Shown here piece by piece: positions 17,733-36,157 of a DNA stretch of 64,000 nucleotides. The stretch is from the human T2T-CHM13v2.0 reference genome, Homo sapiens. The notes beneath the pieces are model-generated. The model saw nothing but the letters and a program-made list of their open reading frames with translations, did no database searches and was not told the origin of the DNA. The first letter of the stretch is position 1, and each line of letters begins with the position of its first letter. The stretch lies in the NCBI RefSeq assembly GCF_009914755.1, contig NC_060939.1. One strand, written 5' to 3'. Position numbers and translations under genes: made by a program.

Positions 17733-18631
17733 TAAAAGTTGTAGCCATCATTATTTGGCCATATAAGTTCAGCGTGCACTTTAAAAATAAGCACATCTTC
17801 CTACATTTCCACGAGACCATTATCATAGTAACAGCATTCACAGTAATTCATTGATAACATTTAATACCCAGTCTATGGTAAACACTCTCCAGTTGTTACC
17901 AGAATGTCCTCTACAGCTGGTTTCTTTACCAGGGCCTGGTCACTGCGGAGACAGCACTGTGGGCCCTGATGTCTCCACTCCTTCTCTAACTGGAATGCAC
18001 CCTCTTCCTTTTTGTTCCATTACACCTCTCTATTGCAGAGACTCACGTGGACCAGCTGTCCTGCATCAAATCCCATCTTCAGCGTTCGTCTGATTGCTTT
18101 CTGGGCTAGCATTTAACTTTTCTCTCTAGCTCTTGCGCTTCTTGTAAATGGGAATTTCAGTCCAAAGGCTTGTGTGTTTTTGCTGTGAAACAACAGCAGA
18201 ATCTCATAGGACGAGAATTTTTCTTCCTGTTTGTAGGCAGGGTCAGCAAAAGGGCAGGTTTGTTCAGGTTGCAGGTCTGCTGGGGTAGCTCTGCCTGACA
18301 TGTTTATTCTGAGACCCAAACTAGAGGGTAGGGGCTGCATGGGGCTCGTGTTGCCCATGGTGAGTCAGAGGAACACAGGAGGAGCGGATGGAAGCAGGAG
18401 ATGGCCTGAGGTATAGCCTTGGGGCTTGCAGGTGGACGGTTCCCATTCCACTGTCGAGTATCAATGGAGTGGGCAGTGTGCTTGTCCCATGGAGGAGGAA
18501 GGGGTATTTGCTGAATGATTAAATCCAACCCACCAAAGCATGTTTAGATTCAGACTAAAAGTTCTTGGCAAGAATACTTCATAAGCGGTGGTGTATGCAT
18601 TCTATTGCAGCATGTCACAATTCACATGTAA

Positions 18632-19084
<453 letters not shown>

Positions 19085-19103
19085 AAGACTTGGGATTTTA
19101 TTA

Positions 19104-19594
<491 letters not shown>

Positions 19595-20133
19595 TTAACA
19601 CCCTCCTCTTAATGACCCCTACCCAGCAACCTTCATTTACCCCAAAACTCAGGGCCTCAATGCCCTGTATGGCCCGTGTTCCATAGGATGTTCCAGGGGC
19701 TCAAATGTTCCTCATAGACAAGGAACGAATCTCTGGGTTGGCCACACCTGATTCCCCAGCTCAGAGCACACACTCAGGTGCATCTGCCATACAGGGTCCT
19801 TCTGAGGGTAGGTTCAAGTTATCGCTGTCAGGTGCATTTACCCTACAGCTGGTGACAGCTTGAGTCTTCTTTTATAAAGTTTCTTATGCTTGAGACTGAC
19901 AAGAAATCTGTGGCTAGTTCTTTGGCACCATGTATATGAACGGCCAGTTAACCCTCTGTTATCCATTGGTGATCCTGGCCTGAATCAGTTAATTCATTAG
20001 TTGTTGCAAATTGGTGGTTTCACAATTCTCTCATACTGTTTTCATTTATTAGCTGTTATTCTTCTGTAAAGAAGAGATTTTCCTTATCACCTGGAGCTGT
20101 TAGACCACCCTGAAATACAGTATCGTTAGAACA

Positions 20134-20443
20134 GGCCGGGCATGGTGGCTCACGCCTGTAATCCCAGCACTTTGGGAGGCTGAGGTGAGCGGATCACGAG
20201 GTCAGGAGATCAAGACCATCCTATCTAACAAGGTGAAACCCCGTCTCTACTGAAAATACAGAAAAAAAAAAAATTAGCTGGGCATGGTGTTGGGCGCCCA
20301 TACTCCCAGCTACTCATGAGGCTGAGGCAGGAGAATGGTGTGAAGCCAGGAGGCGGAGCTTGCAGTGAGCCGAGATCCTGCCACTGCACTCCAGCCTGGG
20401 CGACAGAGCAAGACTCTGTCTCAAAAAAACAAGAACAAAAAAA
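20134..20443 (+). mobile_element. AluY
   Basis: gatcacgaggtcaggagatc, ggagaatgg, ggagcttgcagtgag. Confidence 0.92.
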
Positions 20444-21100
20444 ACCAAATCCTTATTTCTCTTCAATTGTTAATTTTCAGAATAAGAAGTTGGCAATAGC
20501 CAATTTTAATGGTATGATACATTCTCAGGGTGTGCCATCTTCCCCTTTATGATATAAACCATTTTTGGTCATGACGTGTTAGTTTTTAATGCTAATAGTG
20601 AACCTATTTGTTAAAGTTTGAGGTAAGATCTTTGCCTCTCTCATGTTGGAGACTAGTTTGTGCTTATCCTTTCATAAAATAAATTGCTTCAGCTTTCCAT
20701 CTCTTTTTTGAGATGTGACATCATGGTAATCTATTCCTTGAAAATGTAATAAAACGTGTTTGTCAATTCATCTCGGTCTGGCCTTTATTAGGTTACCTTG
20801 TTATTTTAAAATATCTTCTATAGCTATTCAGTTTTTCTACTTATTGAGCCAATTGTGGTAATTTATATTTTCTTAGAAAATCTTACATTTCATTCAGTTA
20901 GATTTGCAAATTCATTGGCATAAAGTTCTGAAAAGTATTCTCATAATTTTATAAATTTTTCTGCATCTGTAATTATGGGCTTTTCAGTTCTAATGTTTGT
21001 GTTTTCTTTCTTTTTCTTGATTTGTCTTATGATATGTATTCTTTTTATACTGGGCCAACTTTCAATTAATTACTGTCTTAATTTTTTTTAGTCTTTTATC

Positions 21101-21404
21101 TTTTTTTTCTTTTTTTTTCTTTTTGAGGCAGTCTTGCTCTGTTGCCCAGGCTGGAGTGCAGTGGTGTGATCTCAGCTCACTGCAGCCTCCGCCTCCCGGG
21201 TTCCCGCATTCTCCTGCCTCAGCCCACCGAGTAGCTGGGACTACAGGCGCCTGCCACCACGCCTGGCTAATTTTTTGTATTTTTCGTAGAGATGGGGTTT
21301 CACCGTGTTAGCCAGGATGGTCTCGATCTCCTGACCTCATGATCCGCCCACCTTGAAGCCTCCCAAAGTGCTGGGATTACAGGCGTGAGCCACCGTGCCC
21401 GGCC
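21101..21404 (-). mobile_element. AluY
   Basis: ccgtgttagccaggatggtctcgatctcc; TSD tagtctt(t/a)ta. Confidence 0.92.
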
Positions 21405-21486
21405 TAGTCTTATATTTTTCTAATTCCTTCATTTTGATTTTCACTTTTATTTCTTAGACTTATTTTATACATTAACACTCTTTTCG

Positions 21487-22814
21487 TTTTTTTTTTTAAT
21501 TTAATTTTTAAGTTTTGGGGTACATGTGCAGGATGTGCAGCAGGTTTGTTAGGCCGGTAAACGTGTGCCATGGTGGTTTGCTGCACCTATCAACCCATCA
21601 CCGAGGTATTAAGCCCCACATGCATAAGCTGTTTTTCCTAATGTTCTCCCTCCCCCGATCCCACCCCTGACAGGCCCCAGTGTTTGTTGTTCCCCTCCCT
21701 GTGTCCATGTTTTCTCAGTGTTCAGCTCCCACTTATAAGTGAGAACATGTGATGTTTGGTTTTCTGTTCCTTTGTCAGTTTGCTGAGGATAATGGCTTCC
21801 AGTTCCATCCATGTTTCTGCAAAGGATATGATGTCATTCCTTTGTATGGCTGCATAGTATTCCATGGTATGTATATATGTACCACAGTTTCTTTATCCAG
21901 TCTTTCATTGATGGGCATTTGGGTTGATTCCATGTCTTTGCTATTGTGAATAGTGCTGCAGTGAACATAGGGGTGCATGTATCTTTGTAACAGAATGATT
22001 TATTTTCCTTTGAGCCTATAAACCAGTAATGGGATCACTGGGTCAAATGGTATTTCTGGTTATAGATCTTTGAGGAGTCACCACACTGTCTTCCACAGTG
22101 GTTGAACTAACTTGCATTCCCACCAACAGTATACAAGCATTCCTATTTCCCCGAAACCTCGCCAGCATTTGTTGTTTCTTGACTTTTTAATAATCACCAT
22201 CCTGACTGGCATGAGGTGGTATCTCATTGTGGTTTTGATTTGCATTTCTCTAATGATCAGTGATGTTGAGCTTTTTTTCATATGTTTGATGGCCACATAA
22301 ATCTCTTCTTTTGAGAAGTGTCTGTTCATGTTCTTTGCCTGCTTTTTAATGGGGTTGTTTGGGTTTTTTTTCTTGTAAATTTAAGTTCCTTGTAGATTCT
22401 TGATACTAGACCTTTGCCAGGTGGCTAGATTGCAAAAATTTTCTCCCACTCTGTGGGTTGCCTGTTTGCTGTGATGATAGTTTCTTTTGCTGTGCAGAAG
22501 CTCTTTAGTTTAATTAGTTCCCATTTGTCAATTTTTGCTTTTGATGCAGTTGCTTTTGGCGATTTCATAATGAAATCTTTGCTGGTGCCTATGTCCTGAA
22601 TGGTATTGTCTAGATTTTCTTCTAGGGTTTTTATAGTTTTGGGTTTTACATTTAAGTCTTTAATCCATCTTGAGTTAATTTTTGTATGAGGTGTAAGGAA
22701 GGGGTCCAGTTTCAATTTTTTGCATATAGCTAGCCACTTCTTCCAGCACCACTTACAAACAGGGAATCCTTTCCCCATTGCTTGTTTTTGTCAGGTCTGT
22801 TGAAGATCAGATGA
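21487..22814 (-). mobile_element. L1PA 5'-truncated element (about 1.3 kb of ORF2 C-terminus and 3'UTR)
   Basis: ORF-track peptides [30 protein letters not shown] and [10 protein letters not shown]...[16 protein letters not shown] are L1 ORF2p; imperfect TSD acattaac(a/c)c(t/a)cttttc. Confidence 0.95.
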
Positions 22815-23680
22815 CATTAACCCACTTTTCTACCAAAAAAAAAAAACCCCTCTGTAGTAAATGTGTATATTTCCTAATGAGTACTAATTTGGCCATATCC
22901 CCTAGTTGTGATATCTAATTTTTTGTTCATGTCTAAAAATACATCATTTACATTTTGAATGCTTTCTAAGCCTCAGTTATTTAATGTTTAAGAATTTCCC
23001 AGGCATGTCATATTTTGTTTTGTTTTTGTTCTTTAACTATCTTTGTAGCAGTCTGGGTCCACTCAGGAGATGGGAACCCCAGGGGGAGCATCATATTTAA
23101 TAGAATTATTAGGTATGATGAGAGAGTAGCTGTTAAGAGGTGGAAGTTCTGTGTGGTATCGTGGGGGTGGAGGGAGGGGGACCTAAGCAGGGGCAGACCT
23201 GGGAAAGCCCCAGGGAAGGACCAGCTTGTTAGGGAAGGTGTGGTTCAGCAGTGGAGAGCAGGGACAGCCGCTGGTTCAGGCAGTCCAGCACTGGTCTAGA
23301 GATGCTGTTGGTCACAATAGGCCACCCTCTGGAGTACAGGCTGGGGAGCAGTGGCTTGAGGCTGGGCCTGCGGTGTGAGTTCGGGCACCAGCACGTCCAG
23401 AGGTGCCGGACATGCAGAAGGAACGATTGCTCAACGCAGGACTCTCCAGACCACGCGGGCTACATGGGGTTTGTCGAGGGAGTCCAGAGGTGGCTGGCCA
23501 TGTGGAGCTCTGGGTTCGAGGCCCAACAGGTGTGGCCCCAACAAGGCTGCAGGGTTGCAGAAGAACTAGGTGCCTCTGTGGCCTGAGCCGGGAACTGCGG
23601 GAACCGTTTTCCTCCAGCAATGTTGCTCCATCACCCTCTGCCCAGAAAGCTTAATGTGCTCACTCTAAAGGAGAAACATG

Positions 23681-24037
<357 letters not shown>

Positions 24038-24228
24038 TCAGAGAACATATTGAGGGGTACATTCAGAATTGGGAGGCAATGAATTGATAACTGACACAAC
24101 CTTTTTGTCATTCCTTTCTAATTGTCCCATTGTAGTCAGTGGGTGTAGCCAGTACAGATTCTTTGTAGAATGTCACATTTCTTTTGTGGCCTAATGCTAC
24201 ATAGGCAGTTTTGGTTAAACCCATGTGA

Positions 24229-24231
<3 letters not shown>

Positions 24232-24265
<34 letters not shown>
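24232..24265 (+). repeat. (TG)17 microsatellite
   Basis: Direct read. Confidence 0.95.
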
Positions 24266-24270
<5 letters not shown>

Positions 24271-24756
24271 CCTCCGCCTTCTCTATTTGTTAGGTACGGG
24301 GTTCTAAATAAATCTTATTGTTATTTAAATTTTTATATCCCATCTCATTTTTGTCTGGTTAATTTGATTTTAATCTCTCAATATGAATGTGGCTATTAAT
24401 TTCACCTTTTATCATTATTTGCTTGGTTTATATTTTGAAGCTATGTTGTGAAGTTTATAAAGGTACATGATGCTCTTGGTGGATTATTTTTGTTATTAAT
24501 GGGAATTTTTCCTTTTATGCCTTTGCATACTTTGTTGTTTACATTCATTTTGTCTGATTAATATTGCCATATGAGCCTTCTTTTTATTAGCACTTGTCTG
24601 GTGTATCTTTTCCTATACTTTTATTTTTAGCAGTCTTCGTGCCATTTTTTTCAGGTGTCATCAGAAGAGACTAAGCAACTCATGGCTTAATTTTCTAAAA
24701 TAATCTGAAAATCTATGTTTTTCAACAGATGGACTAAAAGAGAGTATAAAGAGCAC

Positions 24757-24972
24757 TGCATTCATTTGCTCAGGCTGCGGTAACAAAACACAGACTTGGT
24801 GTCGGAATCCATAGAAATGTATTGCCTCACAGTTCTGGAGGCTGGGAGTCCAAGATCAAGGTGTCAGCAGGGCTGGCCTCCTCGGGCCGTCTCTCCTTGG
24901 CCTTGATGCCCCTGCATGTGTTCTTCCTTCTGTGCCTGTTGTGTGCCCCTGGGGTCTCTCTGTGTACCCCAA
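24757..24972 (-). mobile_element. MLT1 MaLR LTR fragment
   Basis: ctcacagttctggaggctgggagtccaagatcaaggtgtcagcagggctgg. Confidence 0.8.
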
Positions 24973-24977
24973 TTTAT

Positions 24978-25092
<115 letters not shown>

Positions 25093-25094
25093 CT

Positions 25095-25390
25095 GGCAAA
25101 ATGCCCTTTTCAATCCTCCCTGCCATTGGCTACTTTTAGGATCCTGCTGATTGGTGCATGTTACAGATTGCTGATTGGTGTGTTTTACAGAGTGCTGATT
25201 GGTGCATTTTACAATCCTCTTGCTAGCTACAGAGTGCTGATTGGTGCTTTTTTACAGAGTGCTAATTGGTGCATTTTACAATCCACTTGCTAGCTACAGA
25301 GCGCTGATGCATTTTACAATCCTCTTGTAAGACAGAAAAGTTCTCCAAGTCCCCACTCAACCCAGGAAGTTCAGCTGGCTTCACCTCTCA
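25095..25390 (-). mobile_element. LTR12 (ERV9) U3 fragment with a CCAAT array
   Basis: Reverse strand starts tgagaggtgaagccagctg...ggggacttggagaacttttctgtct; tandem gctgattggtgcattttaca units. Confidence 0.85.
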
Positions 25391-25677
25391 CAACCACCCC
25401 AAGAAAGTTGAGGGTGAAGTGCAGGCCATGCACAGGATGCTGTCTTGATACTGAGAAAAGGAAGGTGGTGTTAACCACAGAATTTCATGGCCAGGGGTGA
25501 GAGTTAATGTAGCAGAGGGGCTCTCCTTGGAAGGGCTGTCTAGAAGAAGAGTGTGTAACTCTGGGCAGGATAGGAAGAGGTGACACCTCCATGAGAAAAG
25601 GGACTTTGTCTTTTTTGCCCCTGTCTCCCCAGCCTGTGGCTGGTGTGTGTCAAAGAGGCAGAGTCATTCCTGTGTAG

Positions 25678-26075
25678 TCATGATGGTTAGTTTTGTGTGT
25701 TAACTTTGCCCAGCTCTGGTGCCCAGTTGATTTGCTCAAACACCAGTCTGGATGTTGCTGGGAAGGTAATTTTTGGGTAAGATGAACATAGTAGACCTTG
25801 AGTAAAGCAGACTGTCCTTCATATTTGGATGGGCCTAATTCGATCAGTTGAAGGCCTTAAGACCAAAGGCTGAGGTTCCCCGAAGGGGAAGGTCGGCCCC
25901 CAGACCCCCTTGTGACTCAAGACTGGAATGTCAACTCCTCCTGGAGTTCCCAGCCTGCCGGCCTGCCCTGCAGATTTCAGATTTGCCAGCCTCTGCAGTC
26001 ATGTGAGCCAATTCCTTGAAATAAATCTCTTTTTATATATCCTGTTGGTTCTCTTTCTCTGAAAATTCCTAATAC
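25678..26075 (+). mobile_element. MLT2 (ERVL) solo LTR
   Basis: tgatggttagtttt...gagtaaagcaga...tcagttgaaggcctt...gtgagccaattcctt...ctaatac. Confidence 0.85.
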
Positions 26076-26899
26076 TGTAGTTTTTTCATCTGGTGATCTA
26101 TTTGGCTATCTCACTAACTTCTGAGTTGGGACAGCCTCAGAGTCAGAAGTCATGTGTCTCCTGGACCCTCCATCCCCAAAGCACAGCCCCATGCCAAAAT
26201 ATGCCTTTATGTTAGTAGCACTGCCCAGCCCTGTTCAGTTTTCTGAGATCCAGTTCCTACAAGACTGTGGCACTCAGTACTTTTCATCTCATTGGGTTCT
26301 GTGCCTCTGGGGCTGTTGCCTCTGAGACCAGATCCCGGATCCTTTCTTTGTGGGCTGCTCCACCCCTGCTGTGGAAATCACACAGAAGGCGGACAGTACA
26401 TGTGGACAGGTCAGACAGACACACTGATTGGCCAGCTGCAGCATGGGGAGCATGGACTCTGCCCACAGCTGTGGCGAGATGGCTCTGTGGTGAGATCTGG
26501 GCTTTCTTGTGTGCTGAGGAATGGGAGCGTTTGCCATCCTTATCCAAGCTGCATCACTCAGGGCTGGCCCCTCTGAGGTTGCACTGTGGGCCCCACCCCA
26601 GCCTCTGAACGAGAATTGGCATACCAGCCAGATGCCTAGGTGATCTGTGCATGTGCTGCAGGTGGAGAAGGTCTGCACTAGACATCTCCAGAAGGACGAT
26701 CTGGGATCAGGGTTAGACAAGGCCCACGTCTGCTGCCCAGCCCTCTCCTCTTTGATGTCCTTTCTGCACCTGACACCTCTTCTTGACATTCCCTTTCCTT
26801 GGTTTATGTGGTAAGACCTCTCTGTCCACAACAGGAATGGTCTTACCCATCTTCTTCTCCTACCATGTATTAATAGTTCCCTGTGCCTTAAACCCCTGA

Positions 26900-27970
<1,071 letters not shown>

Positions 27971-28212
27971 ACTGATTGCCATGACTTAGTGGTTAATAAA
28001 GAGTGGGGCTTGGGGTTCCTTTAGATTTCAGGCCTGACACAACCCCTTGGATATAGACTACATGAAATGAAAGTGTTAGGAAGGGTGTATGCATGCTATT
28101 TGTTTACTTTGAAGAGTGACACTTGGAACCAATGTCAGTTTTACAGGCTGCCCTGACTTGCTGGGGCACAGACTGTGAAGTGCATATTCAGAATGAATGA
28201 AGTGTTACCCTA

Positions 28213-28393
28213 CAGCAGTGGCTCTCAGACTTGCAGGCATCAGAATCCCCTGGAGATCTTTTAACATGCAGACTTCAGGGTCCTGCCCCTGAGTTTTCAT
28301 TGGTCTGGGGGAGGGCCCAAGAGTTTCTGTGTTTGTGGAGTTCCCAGGTGACACTGATGCTGCTGGCCCAGGGACCACACTTCAAGAAGCCCT
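28213..28393. mobile_element. MER5A-like DNA transposon
   Basis: cagtggctctca...gcatcagaatcccctggag...gatgctgctggcccagggaccacactt. Confidence 0.8.
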
Positions 28394-29188
28394 GGAATAG
28401 ACTCTGTGGTGGGTGTTTGAACTTTGGATTCTTGGCCATAGGTTTTTACATTACAATGACAGAATGGGAAGTTTGGCAGGAATAAAGATGACTTCCACCC
28501 ACAGGCTCCCGGGGAGGTCCTTCTTCCCTGGGCCCTGGCCTGGTGTCTCTGTCTAGCAGCTAGCTAGCATTCAGGTCCCAGGTCTCACATTTTGGCTGGA
28601 CTTTAATGGCAATTGATGGGCAAGTGCAGGCTGTTCTTGCAGGGGAGGGAGTGCTGCCTCTGCTTGGGCTGCTAGGCTTGGGGCCTGGTCACCTGGGGCC
28701 ACTGCCCTTCCTTCAGTCTTGCCAGACAGGCAGAGGAGTAAGGGCTTGCTACCGGGGCAGAGAACATCGAATGATTGCAATCGTGGGGTCATTAGGATTA
28801 ATTAGTAAATAGCCATCAGATCTTAAAAAATAGATTCAGGAACAGCCTGGGAGGGCATTTGGGTGTGGTTTCCCAGTTTGAGGGGAAAGCATGAATCGAC
28901 TACTATCTCAGGTAGGGCTCTGGTGCTGGGACCCTGCTCAGGCCAGTTAAGTGACAGTGGATGTGGCCTGGAAATCCTGTTTCTCTCATGTTCAGTGAGG
29001 GTGGAATTAGGGGTGTGTGTGGGGACCTTGGGGGCGCCATGTGATGATTAACTGTAGTCTGTCTCAGTTGTGGAAGCTGCTAATGTGTTTTTCTGGGACA
29101 TCATCATGGGATTTTTATTATTGATTTCAGCAGGGAGACTGCTGGCTCATTATGTGACAAGAAATCGATGTGGTGTTCCACGTTCGAA

Positions 29189-29310
29189 GCAGGGGTTCTC
29201 CGTGACGTGCGGGCCCTGGACCAGCAGCCTCAGCATCCCCTGGGCATGTGTGAGCAGTGCACACTCCCAGCCTCCCCCTGACCTGCTGAGCCAGAAGCTC
29301 TAGGGCTGGG
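29189..29310. mobile_element. MER5A-like fragment
   Basis: ggttctc...cctggaccagcagcctcagcatcccctggg...cagaagctctagggctggg. Confidence 0.6.
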
Positions 29311-30201
29311 AGCCAGAAGCCCCGCAGGTGGCTCTGCTGCATGGGAAGGAACTGTTGGGATGCAAAGCAGGCCAGAGAGGACAGGAGCAGACAAAGATCT
29401 GAAGCTGAATATGGACCCCTCAGGGTGCCAGCTGTCACCCCGGAGCGCCCCCCTACCTGGGGAAGCTTTGGCAACCTTCCTGGTTGCAAGCCAAGGCCCA
29501 GGGACTCCACCGCTGGTGACCCCCTTACCTGGCCCTGGCTGTGCCCTTTGGCTCAGGGCTGGGCCCGGGAGGCTGGAGAGGTGCCAGGGTTCATTGCCAG
29601 AGGCTGCCTTGCCCCTCCCTTGTGTCCTTGTAGGCAGAGCCCTCACCCCCCTATGCTTTCCCGCCACCCACCAGCCACACCTCCTTGCCCAGGCCTCAGT
29701 GCCTGACAGATGGCCTGAATACATATATATATATTTTTTGTCTTAAAAAACTATTTTTTTAACATATCTACAGACTCTCCCCTTACCAGGTATTTCTTGG
29801 GGAAGAAAATGTTGCTTAGTAGACAAATGTCCCCAGGTCTCCTTCAGGGAGGATGAGCATCACCTGCATTGAGGAAGGGGTGCTTCAGCAGAGATGCTCA
29901 CTTCAAAGCGAGCCTCACTAGTAGCCACAGGGTGCACAGCTAGGATGGGAGGCAGTGCTGCTGAGCCAAGGGGTGGTGGGAGCAGCTCTGGAGAAACCTG
30001 GTCGGGTGGTGGGTGAAGCTGCCTCCACCCCAGCAAGCGATATGGGGCCTCCCCACTGGACTGGGGAACTGTGTATGAGGGTTTGGGGTGCAGAGACCTC
30101 AGGTGGCCTTCAAAGGAGGGGTGGCCAGAGGCCCAGCAGGTGACTCCCACACCTCTTTTACATCATCTCCTGCTGAACACCCCAGAGTTCCCTGCTTCTT
30201 A

Positions 30202-30555
<354 letters not shown>

Positions 30556-31149
30556 TTAAATTATTTAAAATAAAATTATTTAAAATAAAAGTTAAATTGT
30601 TTAAAATAAGCTAGGAGAAACTTGCTACTTAAAGACATCTTTTGGGAGAATTTTTATTCAGAAGATAATCATTTATCAAAGTGATTGAGTAACCTGTAAT
30701 TTATCCAGTGGAGTTTAATTTAAGCATTTGAATTTCATGTTTACCCTTTTAGCAGCTATCATTGAACCCGTCTTGGTAGCTCCAAAGCACACTTAAATAT
30801 GAGATGCAGCCCCTGCCTCCATTGGCTTATGGACTGGGTGGGTGTGTAGCCACCGTGTACAGAAAGTTAAAGATGGTTCTAGGGACCAGGCAAACAGCCT
30901 GGGGTGAGTTACCAGAAGGATGATGTGAATCATCGTGTGAGATTACAGGTTGCCCATCACCATGGCCAGTGCCTCTGAGGGTTTGTTGGGATTAGAGGGG
31001 CAGCTTCCAGGCCTTTCAGGAGAGGAGGGTCTTTACATGTCTTTTGTGGGTGAGGACCTGAGGCAAGCAGAGAGAGACAGCCAGAGTTACGTGGGGCTGG
31101 AAGAAATCAGGCCAGAGTGACTGGGACCCTTGACTCTCCTTGTTAGAGG

Positions 31150-31520
31150 GTGTGTTTGTCCATTTTGTCCTCTTATAACGTAGTACCACAGACTGGGTAA
31201 TTTATAAAGAAAAGAAGTTTATTGGCTCAAAGTTCTGGAGGTTGGGAAGTCCAAGAGCATGGTGCCAGCATCTGGTGAGGGCCTTTGTGCTGCCTCATAA
31301 CATGGTGGAAGGCATCACATGGCAAAGAGACAGAGAGACAAGATAGGGGCTAAACTTAACCTCTTATGAGGAGCCCTCTCCCTGGGTAATGGCATTAATC
31401 CATTCCTGACGGCAGAGTCCTCATGGCCTAATCACCTCTTCAGCATACTGTCTCTTAATACTGTTATAATGGCAATCAAATTTCCACATGAGTATTGGCA
31501 GGGACTTCTGAACCATAGCA
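31150..31520 (-). mobile_element. MST-type MaLR solo LTR
   Basis: cacagactgggtaatttataaagaaaagaagtttatt...ggtgccagcatctggtgagggcc...aaccatagca. Confidence 0.85.
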
Positions 31521-32073
31521 GAGGGACTGCCTTCCCCATGGATCCTGGTGTCCTGCACCCTGGGCCCAGTCCACTCTCTGGCTGGCACCTCTGGTTTTGC
31601 CCCCCAGGACTCTGTAAGCTCTAGCCAAGGCAGCTGGTGCTGTGCTTGCCAGCTCTGTGCTTTGACAACAACTTCTGCCTTCCCCACACTGTCTGAACTC
31701 CAGGGTCTCCTCTTCGTTTTGGTGTTGGGGGACTCTGGCTCACCACAGAGCTCCTCTCCAGGCACGTCCCTCCACAGCACCTGGGAAATCCCCTTTTCTG
31801 GCTCCAAGTGACCTATCTTCCGAGGGCTACTTGGGAATTCACAGAACCTCAGCTATGGAGAAGCTCAGAGGATTGGGGGATTGAAACCGTAGGTCATCCT
31901 TGAATGGTTAGCTTTTGAAAATAATTGTGCATTTTTCCGTGGTATGGGTTGGTTTCCTGTCCTGTCTCCACAGTGCTGAACCAAATCAGCAACGCTGCAC
32001 TTTGCAACTCTGACAGTTGAGCTTCCTGGTCCTGCGATTAGAGCCCTCAAGATAGTACTGAAGCATTAGGTGA

Positions 32074-32471
<398 letters not shown>

Positions 32472-32596
32472 GCATGCATTTTTTAGAAGGACCTTGAGAT
32501 GATTTACTATTGTTGATCAAGGAAGAAGATGAAGCGGGGAGATATGCTGCCTTGAAAGTGTCCTTTGAGCATGCAGCCTTATTTCAGCTGTATGTC

Positions 32597-32600
<4 letters not shown>

Positions 32601-32660
<60 letters not shown>
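32601..32660 (+). repeat. (TG)30 microsatellite
   Basis: Uninterrupted, direct read. Confidence 0.96.
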
Positions 32661-32663
<3 letters not shown>

Positions 32664-32974
32664 CAGGGTTGCTGCTGAGGAGTTGCATTGCTTCCCTAAG
32701 GCCCACCAGGGAGATTCCTGTGAGGGGGTCAGACAGGGCCTTTGAAGTTTTATGTGTTATTAAAGAAGGTCGTATCTTATTACCACAAAGACCTGGGATA
32801 TCTGCAGCAGGGAGTGGTAGAGGAGAGGCTGTCAGGCCAGCCCTTAACAGCGTAACTCTCTCATTCCTTCCTCAGTTCCTCCTTATCCTCCTGGCATCCA
32901 GCTCCCCATCAGAAACTGTGAATCCTAAGATATGATGGGACCATGGACCCTTCACATTTTTGTCATATTCATTA

Positions 32975-33135
32975 TAGTGGTTCTCAGCCTTGGCTGCATG
33001 TCAGCCACCCAGAGTGTCCAAATTCTCCTCACCCAGAAATTCTGACCTCATGGAGCTGGGGCAGGATCCAGGAATTGATATTTTTTAAACCTCCTCAGGT
33101 TGATTCTAGCATCCAACCGGGGTTTAGGCCCGAGG
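32975..33135. mobile_element. MER5A-like fragment
   Basis: agtggttctcagccttggctgca...cctcctcaggttgattctagc. Confidence 0.6.
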
Positions 33136-34289
33136 ACCACAGCCTGCCAGTTTTCGTGTGGCGTGACCTTTCCTGCCGATGATAATGCTGATGATGTCAA
33201 GCCTAGCTGAACGCTGATGGGCAGTGTCTGATTAATCGAATGAAGTAAAAATAAACAGGTTTTAACTTAATGTACCTCCCCAAATCTGTAAAGAGATCCA
33301 TGGATGACATCAGTGCTGTCCAGGATGGAGTAAGCCCACTATCGTCCATTCCACTCACGGATTAGAACTCAAAACTCTGAACAGAATGAAAAGCAACCCC
33401 ATCGGGAAGGGGGTTGGAGCTTGAATGCGCAGCACATTAGAATAGAGTTTCTGTGGTTGGGTTTTTTTCCCTCCTTTGATCTGAGTGCTGACTGATTTGA
33501 GAAATAGCACAGTGGGCAGAGGCAGCAAAACTCTGTGAGAAACCCATCTTTGTGGCCAGAGGGTTGAAAAGAGGAACGCTGCAAGCTGAAGATTAGGAGG
33601 GATCACTGTTTTGTTTTGTCTTTTCCTCTCTCCTGGCCCTGCCAGACCCAGAGCAGTAGCACCTACTACCCTGAGAGAAAATCCAACTCTCTGGTTGGAG
33701 GAACCGGTTGTTGCATAAAGGTGGTGGGAAGAATCCCCATTTTTTTCTCTTTCTCATTCTGCTTTGCCCTCAGCAGGGGCTGCAGTTGCAAGAAACTGTG
33801 AAAGAGTGTGATGTGTTAGGCTAAAACTCTGGGAGAGCCCCAACTTTATGGGCAGAGGAACCAGGAAAAGGTGCATCTGGTAGTAGCGGAATATGGAAGA
33901 AATCTTGGAGAGGGGAAATCTGGAAAAGAGGGTTTATTTATGTTTCTGAACCAACTCCATGTATGGGATATACCCAGAGAACCATAGCAAAGGCTTTGGA
34001 TTTAAGCTGCAATAGAAACCGTGGCCCGGGTCCCAGACTTAATCCCTGAATAGCTCGTGCTTGAAGCCAACTCACAGAGCACAGCAAAGGGTTTTGAAAC
34101 CGCACTGACGTTAACTCCATCCCCTAACGAAGGGGAACCAGAGCTTGTGTTCTCAACCTGAGTGGATTTATCGTCTGATGAAGCAGACACATGAAAATCA
34201 ACATTCTCTACATTCTCAACATTCTCTCTCATTCAACATTTTTAATCAGGGTTAAAATGTACATATTAAAGCGATCTGGGATGCAATCT

Positions 34290-35320
<1,031 letters not shown>

Positions 35321-35429
35321 TAGATCCCTGGTGAAAAAATATTCCTGATTACATGCGGGAGAATTTCCCAGAAGATGAAAAACAAGGGAACTCTGAACTT
35401 TGAATAAAGGGCACATGATCCTTATGGAC

Positions 35430-36157
<728 letters not shown>

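Noticed and set aside
21609-22778. Several ORFs resembling a real protein
   Set aside because: Broken L1 ORF2p/3'UTR fragments of a 5'-truncated L1PA; cannot be active.
31960-31982. Partial REST/RE1-like motif (ctgtc...agtgctgaa)
   Set aside because: Spacing and core mismatches are too large to call.
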